A program made the position numbers and the translations under genes. This document shows, one piece after another, positions 1-6,298 of a stretch of 11,095 nucleotides of DNA (the stretch's first letter is position 1; every line of letters starts with the position of its first letter). The DNA is from Candidatus Eiseniibacteriota bacterium (GTDB taxonomy: Bacteria; Eisenbacteria; RBG-16-71-46; JABDJR01), in NCBI GenBank assembly GCA_963783375.1, contig CAWANH010000009.1:1-11095 (forward strand), written 5' to 3'. A model generated the notes under the pieces. It was given only the letters and a program-made list of their open reading frames with translations. It had not been told where the DNA came from and ran no database searches.

Positions 1-62
1 CCCAAGGAGGGTCGGTGCAAGGGGGCCGGAGTACCGGTGGCGAAGGGCCGAACGCTTTTCGG

Positions 63-87
63 CAACTTGCTGCATCATAACAACTTG
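63..87. promoter_or_regulatory. 25-bp AT-rich imperfect dyad, IHF-like (degenerate WATCAANNNNTTR on both strands)
   Basis: CAACTTGCTGCATCATAACAACTTG in a GC-rich background; 13/25 identical to the element at 2644-2668, with most differences being transitions. Confidence 0.45.
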
Positions 88-251
88 AAGGTGACGCGGT
101 CTCTTCGTGGGCGCGACGGGGGCTGCGTGCTATTTCCCAAAGGGCGAGCGTATCGCACGCCCTTGACTCCAGGTCCAGCCTCGCGGACCGAAAACCTGGT
201 TGCGTGGGTTCCGTCCCAAGTAATCGGTCAAGTCCCTGCGAGGAGATCCAA

Positions 252-2411
252 GTGAGAAACGCTCTGTTGGGACGGATCCGTGTATCCGTCGGTTTGGCGG
301 CTCTTGCCGGCCTGATCGGGGCGGCCGTCGCGCTCGGCGCCCCCGCCCCCGCCCCCGCCGACGGTAAACTCGATTCCCGACTTCAGGCTCTGCTGGATCA
401 CGCCGGCGTCCCGGCCGCTCCCGGCATGGTGGACCAGGACGGGACCGTGGAGGTGATCGTCCGCGGCGACCTCGACCGCGAGTTCCTGAAGGGGCTGGGC
501 GCCGAGCCTCAGACCGTCCTCTCCGGTCTTGTAACCGCCCGGGTCCCGGTGGACGCCCTTCCGGCCCTCGTCGCCTCGAGGCGGATTTCCCGCATCCAGG
601 CCGGGTCCGGAATGGAGTATCTCCTCGACAAGAACCAGGTCGAGACCGACGTCGAATCGATGTGGGGAGGAGCACCGCCCCAGTACCCCACCGGCGGCTA
701 CACCGGCCAGGGCGTGGTCATCGGCATCGTGGACACCGGGATCGACCGCAATCACCTCGACTTCAAGAACGCCGACGGCACCACCCGCATCCGCTACATG
801 TGGGACCACACCGGGGGCCCGGAGCCTCCGCCCGCCGGCTACACCTACGGCCAGGAGTGGACGGCCTCGGAGATCAACGCCGGCCAGTGCATCGAACAGG
901 ATGCCGTCGGCCATGGGACCCACATCGCCGGGGTGGCGACCGGGAACGGCCGGGCCACCGGGAACGGGGTCCCGCAGTTCACCTACGTGGGCATGGCCCC
1001 CGAGGCGGACATCATCGCGGTCAAGCTGGACTTCCCTTCGGATGTGGAGGTCATCGACGGGGTCTCCTACATCTTCCAGAAGGCCGACCAGCTCGGCGAG
1101 GACGCGGTGGTGCTGCTGGCGGTGGGCAAGCAGTCGGGGCCCCACGACGGCACCGATCCCCTGGATCTGGCCATCGACGCCATGACCGGTCCGGGCCACC
1201 TAGTGGTGGCCGCCGCCGGCAACGAGGGCATGAACAAGATCCATTCCGAGATCGCGATCACTCCCCACCAGACCACGAGCACGACCTTCAACATCCCGAG
1301 CTACGGCTACGCCAGCAACCCGTTCATCGCGGTGGACGGATGGCTGACTCAGGGCCCGACCATATCGGTGACCCTTACCACGCCGTCGGGATACAACCTC
1401 GGTCCCATCGCCGTCGGGCAGGTCAACGTCTGGAGCAACGCCGACGGTTCGGTCCGACTCGAGGTTCCTGCGGGGAGCCCCACCCAGTTGCACCTGTCGG
1501 TCAGCAATCCGGGGGCGGGGACCTGGACGGTAAGGGTCAACGCGGGAAATTCCAGCTCCGGCACCATGGACTTCTGGATCTCGGATTACGACCTGGCCGG
1601 CTCCAAGCCCGAGATGGTCCAGGGGCAGACCTTCGCCAAGTGCGTCGCGTCGCCGGCCACCGCGACCAATGTCGTGGCGGTGGGGGCCTACACCACCAAG
1701 AAATACTGGACCGACCAGTACGGCGGGACGAAGTTCTATCTGAGCGCGGTCATGGACCAGATCGCCGACTTCTCGAGCCGGGGCCCCCGGCGGGACGGCG
1801 TCCTGAAGCCGGAGATCACCGCGTCGGGCTACGGCGTGGCCTCCGCCCGCTCCACCGCCGCCACGATCTACTCGGGTTACATCGTGTTGGACAAGGTGCA
1901 CTGCATGATGTACGGCACCAGCATCGCCGCGGCCTCGGTCGCGGGGGCGGCCGCACTCCTGCTCGAGGAGTTCCCGGGTCTCGATCCGTCCTCGCTGAAG
2001 ACCCTCCTCCAGGGGCGGGCCAACGTGGACCAGTACACCGGCGCGGTCCCCAACCCGACCTGGGGATACGGGAAGCTCTGCTTGACCGCCGCCACCACCG
2101 CGGTGGGGGACACCGGACCGGGGACCGGGCTTCTGACCCGCATGCTGGGCGCGCCCTATCCGAACCCGACCGGGGCCATGACCCGGGTGCCGGTGAACCT
2201 CGACGTCGCGGGGGACGTGACGGTCTCGGTGTACGACGTGACCGGCCGCACGGTGAGGGTCCTCTATTCCGGCTCCATGGACGCGGGCCCGCATGTCCTG
2301 AGCTGGGACGGTACGAACCAGATGTCCCAGGCCGTGCCCTCGGGGAGCTACTACGTGGTCGCGGTGAATCGCACCGCCCGCGAGAGTCGCGCGGTTCTGA
2401 TCCTGCGATGA
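252..2411 (+). CDS. Secreted S8 subtilisin-family serine protease (CspA-like subfamily) with prodomain and C-terminal FlgD-Ig/T9SS type A sorting-like domain, 719 aa
   Basis: GTG start at 252 after AGGAG (241-245); hydrophobic signal peptide. Catalytic Asp in VIGIVDTGID (732-734), His in GHGTHIAG (912-914), oxyanion Asn in AAAGNEG, Ser in GTSIAA (1920-1922). Also HLDFKNADGTTRIRYMWD, FSSRGP..LKPEITASG and PNPTWGYGKL. C-terminus YPNP..VSVYDVTGRTVRVL..WDGTN..VPSGSYY. Confidence 0.95.
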   Translation: MRNALLGRIRVSVGLAALAGLIGAAVALGAPAPAPADGKLDSRLQALLDHAGVPAAPGMVDQDGTVEVIVRGDLDREFLKGLGAEPQTVLSGLVTARVPVDALPALVASRRISRIQAGSGMEYLLDKNQVETDVESMWGGAPPQYPTGGYTGQGVVIGIVDTGIDRNHLDFKNADGTTRIRYMWDHTGGPEPPPAGYTYGQEWTASEINAGQCIEQDAVGHGTHIAGVATGNGRATGNGVPQFTYVGMAPEADIIAVKLDFPSDVEVIDGVSYIFQKADQLGEDAVVLLAVGKQSGPHDGTDPLDLAIDAMTGPGHLVVAAAGNEGMNKIHSEIAITPHQTTSTTFNIPSYGYASNPFIAVDGWLTQGPTISVTLTTPSGYNLGPIAVGQVNVWSNADGSVRLEVPAGSPTQLHLSVSNPGAGTWTVRVNAGNSSSGTMDFWISDYDLAGSKPEMVQGQTFAKCVASPATATNVVAVGAYTTKKYWTDQYGGTKFYLSAVMDQIADFSSRGPRRDGVLKPEITASGYGVASARSTAATIYSGYIVLDKVHCMMYGTSIAAASVAGAAALLLEEFPGLDPSSLKTLLQGRANVDQYTGAVPNPTWGYGKLCLTAATTAVGDTGPGTGLLTRMLGAPYPNPTGAMTRVPVNLDVAGDVTVSVYDVTGRTVRVLYSGSMDAGPHVLSWDGTNQMSQAVPSGSYYVVAVNRTARESRAVLILR

Positions 2412-2422
2412 TCTGATCCTGC

Positions 2423-2499
2423 GGGCGGGTCGCGGCACCCGCCCCACCGTCATTCCGATCGTCGTCGGCGGCCCGGCTCTCTCCGGGCCGCCGCTTCAT
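2423..2499 (+). terminator. Two GC-rich hairpins after the protease gene; probable terminator or mRNA-stabilising structure
   Basis: GGGCGGGT-cgcggc-ACCCGCCC (2423-2444) and CGGCGGCCCGG-ctctct-CCGGGCCGCCG (2466-2493), followed by only a weak U-tract (CTTCATGTT). Confidence 0.55.
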
Positions 2500-2620
2500 G
2501 TTGTCCCGGCGCGTTCTGCCCCCCAACCGTCGAGCCGTCCAGACCGGTGGTCGGCCCCAAGTGTGGAAGCCGTACTCGATTCCTTCCGCAGAGACTGTGT
2601 TCTTCTCGATTTCCCTCCAG

Positions 2621-2636
2621 ATCCCGGTTCCGGGAT
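2621..2636. promoter_or_regulatory. Palindrome, candidate upstream activator site for a sigma54 enhancer-binding protein
   Basis: ATCCCGG-TT-CCGGGAT, about 85-100 bp upstream of the predicted sigma54 start site (~2721). Confidence 0.4.
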
Positions 2637-2643
2637 TAACCCG

Positions 2644-2668
2644 TAATTTATTGTTAAGCAATGACTTG
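2644..2668. promoter_or_regulatory. Double (inverted) IHF-like binding site
   Basis: + strand AAGCAATGACTTG and - strand TAACAATAAATTA each match 8 of 9 specified positions of WATCAANNNNTTR; lies between the palindrome and the sigma54 box. Confidence 0.6.
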
Positions 2669-2694
2669 AGAGATATTAAACGAATCCCATCCGA

Positions 2695-2710
2695 TGGCAT
2701 CCGGGTTGCA
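2695..2710 (+). promoter_or_regulatory. Sigma54 (RpoN) -24/-12 promoter
   Basis: TGGCATCCGGGTTGCA: exact GG-N10-GC spacing and close to TGGCACG-N4-TTGCW; 55 bp upstream of ATG 2765. Confidence 0.8.
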
Positions 2711-2764
2711 ATGCAGGGGGGCATACAGGTCGTTTCGGGGTCTCGGAAAACGGAGGTGGAGGCC

Positions 2765-3382
2765 ATGTCTCGCAGGCAATTGCCGGTCTTGATCGGAGCG
2801 GTCCTTTTCTCGGGGGTCGTTCTCCTCGGTGAGCAGCGGGCCGAGGCGGTCTCGGACACGGGTCTGGCCCGGGGGCTCGGCCATGAGGTGTCCTACCGCG
2901 TTCTGGAGCAGGGGCGGGACGGCCCGTGGATGAGTTCCATGGTGCGGCTCTTCTCCAACCAGGAGGATTGGGACGCGGCCATGTCCGCACTCGCCGCCCG
3001 GGCGCTTCTCGTCATGGCACCGGTCTCCGCGCCCCGGGACGTCGATTGGAGCCGGCAGACGGTGATCCTGGTCACGATGGGAGAGCTTTCCGGAGGCGAC
3101 TACTCCGTCCAGGTCCGCGACATTCGCCGCTCGGGTTTCGCGTGCGTCCTCGACCTCGAGTGCAGCGGCTCCTCCACCCGCGGCTGGGGTCGGAGCGCCT
3201 GCCGCCCCTACCAGATGATCGTGATCGAGAAGCATGGGGTGAAGGAGGCCCGGGGACGGTTCCGCTGGACCGGTGAAGGGACCGCCACCGCCCGGGCCGC
3301 GGCGCAGGGTTGGGGTCTCACCGGGGACGCCGGCGCCGCGCGCCGTCTGAGCTGGGGCGCGCTCAAGGCCGGGGGATACTGA
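2765..3382 (+). CDS. Secreted PrcB C-terminal-domain-like (protease complex subunit) protein with C-terminal SWGALKAGGY tail, 205 aa
   Basis: ATG 2765 preceded by GGAGG. Signal peptide ending AEA. Core VDWSRQTVILVTMGELSGGDYSVQVRDI...PYQMIVIEK resembles the PrcB_C pattern (vDF.....l.v.mGe.ptgGY.v.v...Py.iv.i.k). The longer ORF from 2498 runs through the promoter region, so 2765 is preferred. Confidence 0.8.
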   Translation: MSRRQLPVLIGAVLFSGVVLLGEQRAEAVSDTGLARGLGHEVSYRVLEQGRDGPWMSSMVRLFSNQEDWDAAMSALAARALLVMAPVSAPRDVDWSRQTVILVTMGELSGGDYSVQVRDIRRSGFACVLDLECSGSSTRGWGRSACRPYQMIVIEKHGVKEARGRFRWTGEGTATARAAAQGWGLTGDAGAARRLSWGALKAGGY

Positions 3383-3444
3383 GCCCGACCCTGGATCGTC
3401 GCCGAAATTGCTTCAGGCCCTTGAACGGGAGCCGAGAACAGGAT

Positions 3445-3472
3445 AGGGCCGCCGGCCGAGCCGGCGGCCTTT
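3445..3472 (+). terminator. Probable intrinsic terminator
   Basis: GGCCGCCGGC-cga-GCCGGCGGCC (3447-3469) followed by TTT. Confidence 0.6.
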
Positions 3473-3476
3473 CCGA

Positions 3477-3505
3477 TTGACTGGGTCGGTAAGTACTCGT
3501 AAATT
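3477..3505 (+). promoter_or_regulatory. Sigma70-type promoter for the YjbH-like pair
   Basis: TTGACT (3477-3482), 17-bp spacer, TAAATT (3500-3505); 35 bp upstream of ATG 3541. Confidence 0.7.
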
Positions 3506-3540
3506 CGAACCTTACCGCTCACGTTCACCGAGGGCCCTGG

Positions 3541-4803
3541 ATGTTCTCCGGACGCCTCCGGGCCGGCTGGGCCGGTCTGGTCATCCTCGCCGTCTTCCTC
3601 CCCGTCCGGGGCGAGGGCGGTCCTTCGTCTGCCGGGTCCGAGCCTCCCGCCGCCCGCGCCCTCGTCGCCCACGGGTTCGAGAACGTCGTGATGGATGCGA
3701 CCCCCCAGGCGGTCACCGTCTGGTACGAGAACCGCGTCTACCGCTACGAGCTGGCCGGGCTGGGCGAGGCGGCGGCCCTGGCCGCGGCGGACCTGGATTC
3801 GGAGCGCACCCTGGTCATGGTGCCCCAGAACCGGGGCGTGGCCATCGTCGCGGTGGCCGCGGCCGCGGGGGACTGGCGGCGCTTCCTGGCCGGCGACGCC
3901 GACGCCTCGTGGTTTCGCGGCCGGATCGAAGTGCGGGCCGACGGAGAGGTTCCCCGCCCCCCCGCCGGAGCCGTCCGCTCCAACCCGCGTTGGTGGCGTA
4001 CGGACCTGAGACTTCGCCCGCTGCTCTCCTTCGAACTCGGGATCGCCGACAACCCCTTTCAGTACTCGCTCTGGCTCGCTCCCGAGGCGGTCATGAGCCC
4101 CGTCACCGGCGTGCTGGTCACCGGGCAAGCCCAGGTCCGGCTGCACGAGGACTTCGACGAGTTCGGCCGTGACGTGGTTCCCGGCCGGAACACCGCGAGC
4201 TGGGGGGGGCGGCTCCCCGCGGGATGGCTCGGCGCGGCCAGCGCCGGCCTCTTTCCATCCAACCGCTACGGCGTGGCCGCCCGGACGGGACGGCTCTTTC
4301 GCGGTGGGGCGCTCGAGATGCAGGTGGGGGGGGATCTCTCCGGGTTCCTGAAGTTCTCGCGGCACGTGGTTCTCTATTCCCGCCTCGAAACCTGGTCCGC
4401 GTTCGTGGCCGGAACCTACCGGACCCGGGGTATCGATCTGGAGACCACGGTGACCGGCGCGCGGTTCATGGAGAAGCGGCTGGGAGGACGGCTCGACGTG
4501 GCCCGGCGGTTCGGGGAGACGCGCGTGGACTTCTTCGGCATCAAGACCCAGGACGATTCGGTGGTGGGGATGGAATTCGAGATCCCGCTCCCGGTCCGGA
4601 AGTGGTCCCGGCCCCGGACGGTGAGGGTCTCCACCGTGCCGGAATTCCCCCTCGCCTACCGGGAATCCGTGCAGGACGTCGGCCGCCAGGTCTCGATGTT
4701 CGACGACCTCGAGCGCCTGCGGATGGGGCTCTATCCCACCTTCATTCTCAACAACCTCGACGATCTGCGATCCGGACTTCCGCGGAAGGAGGGCGGGCGA
4801 TGA
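3541..4803 (+). CDS. Exported YjbH/GfcD-like outer-membrane protein resembling the middle plus C-terminal beta-barrel part, 420 aa
   Basis: Signal peptide; N-terminal GFENV...VWYENRVYRYE segment; amphipathic beta-strands with SAGLF..NRYGV, TGARFMEKRLGGRLDVARRFGE and GMEFEIPL, similar to YjbH C-terminal motifs. Its stop overlaps the next start (ATGA). Confidence 0.7.
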   Translation: MFSGRLRAGWAGLVILAVFLPVRGEGGPSSAGSEPPAARALVAHGFENVVMDATPQAVTVWYENRVYRYELAGLGEAAALAAADLDSERTLVMVPQNRGVAIVAVAAAAGDWRRFLAGDADASWFRGRIEVRADGEVPRPPAGAVRSNPRWWRTDLRLRPLLSFELGIADNPFQYSLWLAPEAVMSPVTGVLVTGQAQVRLHEDFDEFGRDVVPGRNTASWGGRLPAGWLGAASAGLFPSNRYGVAARTGRLFRGGALEMQVGGDLSGFLKFSRHVVLYSRLETWSAFVAGTYRTRGIDLETTVTGARFMEKRLGGRLDVARRFGETRVDFFGIKTQDDSVVGMEFEIPLPVRKWSRPRTVRVSTVPEFPLAYRESVQDVGRQVSMFDDLERLRMGLYPTFILNNLDDLRSGLPRKEGGR

Positions 4804-5519
4804 AACGGCTACCGGTTCTGCTCGCCCTGCTCCTGGTCCCGGCCGCCTCACCGACCGCCCGAGGCGCTGAACCGGTGACCGGCCACGTTTCCCTGGGAGG
4901 AACCACGGGTCTCATCAACACCCCCACCGCCGACGTCCTTCCCGACGCCACGTTCCGGTTCGGGTACTTCCGTATCGACAGGAAATGGGCCTACCAGCTC
5001 CGCGGCGTCTCCGACAACGACGTCTACTTCGTGAGCTTCGGATTCCTCCCCCGGGTGGAGCTCACGGTCCGGGCCACGGTGTTCAAGGACGTCACCCTCC
5101 TTCCGGACACGAACTTTCCCCAGGTGGATCGGATGGGATCGGCGCGGATCCTCCTTCTGCCCGAGGGGAGGGCGCCGGCGGTGGCGGTGGGGCTGGACGA
5201 TCCGCGCGGCACACGGCGATTTCACAGCCTCTATGTGGTTGGAACCAAGACATTTCCAATTCCGATGGGGCAAATCACCCTCCGAGCCTCGGGCGGGTAC
5301 GGGTCCACGGCTCTTTCCGCGTCACGGCGGGTCCTGGACGGAGGCTTCGGTGGGGTCGAGCTGGGAATCGCCGGCCGGGCGACGGGAATGCTTGAATACG
5401 ACACCGAGAAATGGAATACTGGTGTAAGTCTGGTGTTCCTTGGACGCCTGAGCATTCAAGCAGCCTTGCTTCATCTCGACACCCTGTCCGGGGGTGCGGC
5501 CTGGACCCAGTCGTTCTGA
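4800..5519 (+). CDS. YjbH-domain outer-membrane beta-barrel protein resembling the N-terminal barrel of YjbH/GfcD, 239 aa
   Basis: ATG 4800 after GAAGGAGG; signal peptide ending ARG/A. Motifs GTTGLINTPTAD, FGFLPRVELTVR, LLPEGRAPAVAVGLDD, SLYVVGTK, GGFGGVEL and MLEYD; C-terminal WTQSF beta-signal. Confidence 0.85.
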   Translation: MKRLPVLLALLLVPAASPTARGAEPVTGHVSLGGTTGLINTPTADVLPDATFRFGYFRIDRKWAYQLRGVSDNDVYFVSFGFLPRVELTVRATVFKDVTLLPDTNFPQVDRMGSARILLLPEGRAPAVAVGLDDPRGTRRFHSLYVVGTKTFPIPMGQITLRASGGYGSTALSASRRVLDGGFGGVELGIAGRATGMLEYDTEKWNTGVSLVFLGRLSIQAALLHLDTLSGGAAWTQSF

Positions 5520-5654
5520 GGGTTCTTCGGAACGTCGGGGTCGTGTCGACGTCCAGGATGCCCGCCCGTGGATGAGGGTGGTCCAAGTACACCGTGACGT
5601 TTCGGTTCGATCCATTTTCTCGCTAGCGAGTCACAGCCAAGGGGGATCAGGCTC

Positions 5655-6026
5655 ATGCGCTCCAACCAGCCCTATCGCCGTATCTCTTTCTTCGCCATCG
5701 CCGGTATGGCCTTCTTCGCCCTGGCCGCATCGGAACCGCAGTGCGCGCGGGTGGGCGATCAGGTCGTGTCTCCGGACGGTACGTCCCTCAACAGCAACAA
5801 GGGTGGGGTTTCGCAGTGCGTACGCGCCTGCGTCGATGAGGCCCAGCAGCGTCGTGCCGACGAGAAGGACCTCCACCACACCAACCTCAAGAGCTGTGCG
5901 GGCGACTGGCAGTGTCACCAGGAAGAGGAGGCCCGTCACGAATCGGTCATGGAGCAGATCGCCATGGACCAGCGTGACTGCAAGGCCCTTTGCCACAATC
6001 AGGGAGGCGGGCACGGCGGGCAATAG
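5655..6026 (+). CDS. Small exported Cys/His-rich protein (possible lipoprotein) of unknown function, 123 aa
   Basis: AAGGGGGA RBS-like sequence upstream; basic N-region plus hydrophobic h-region; 7 Cys (C30, C55/C59, C81/C87, C109/C113); followed by a strong terminator. Confidence 0.8.
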   Translation: MRSNQPYRRISFFAIAGMAFFALAASEPQCARVGDQVVSPDGTSLNSNKGGVSQCVRACVDEAQQRRADEKDLHHTNLKSCAGDWQCHQEEEARHESVMEQIAMDQRDCKALCHNQGGGHGGQ

Positions 6027-6063
6027 CTCGGTTTCCGTTCCCCCTTTGATGAATGCAATCGTG

Positions 6064-6104
6064 ACCGTGGCGCGCGGTCCCTACGCCGTGCGCCACGGTT
6101 TTTC
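6064..6104 (+). terminator. Rho-independent terminator
   Basis: ACCGTGGCGCGCGG-tccctacg-CCGTGCGCCACGGT (14-bp stem with one G-U pair) followed by TTTT. Confidence 0.85.
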
Positions 6105-6249
6105 TGTGCCGGCGCTCGGAGCGCACGGCGCCCTGACCGCTCCCGGTGGATGTCCGAGCTTCCGGGGTACTTGCGTGCGCTCGAATGTCCGCCGCGCCGG
6201 CGGGTTCAAGACACTTCCAGGCCGAAATTTCCGTCCGGCCGTCGAACTG

Positions 6250-6258
6250 TGATAAAAT
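6250..6258 (+). promoter_or_regulatory. Extended -10 promoter element for the radical SAM gene
   Basis: TGATAAAAT (TGnTAAAAT) 40 bp upstream of ATG 6299; -35 region weak. Confidence 0.5.
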
Positions 6259-6298
6259 CCATCCTCGTTCCGGTCGATCACCTCTTCACCAGGGCAAC

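Noticed and set aside
140-245. Known riboswitch (c-di-GMP-I, c-di-AMP/ydaO, cobalamin, TPP, SAM) in the protease leader
   Set aside because: Could not find their conserved cores by eye; kept only as an unclassified structured leader.
338-359. Short GCCCCC-type tandem repeat
   Set aside because: It simply encodes the APAPAPA linker at the end of the signal peptide; no evidence for phase variation.
228-2453. Long antisense and alternate-frame ORFs over the protease (228-1199, 1200-2453, 662-2416)
   Set aside because: Typical high-GC shadow ORFs with no recognisable motifs, fully overlapping a well-supported gene.
2498-2764. N-terminal extension of the PrcB-like ORF (also the extensions from 204, 4224, 6146, 7634 and 10053)
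   Set aside because: They run through promoter regions or upstream genes; better starts with an RBS, signal peptide or family N-terminus lie downstream.
3208-4851. 547-aa minus-strand ORF, and likewise 6278-7642 and 8710-10287
   Set aside because: Antisense shadows of the YjbH-like, rSAM and WcaJ-like genes; no independent domain signal.
5619-5630. Perfect palindrome CTCGCTAGCGAG upstream of the small gene
   Set aside because: Single short occurrence with no second copy noticed or supporting promoter; cannot be distinguished from chance.
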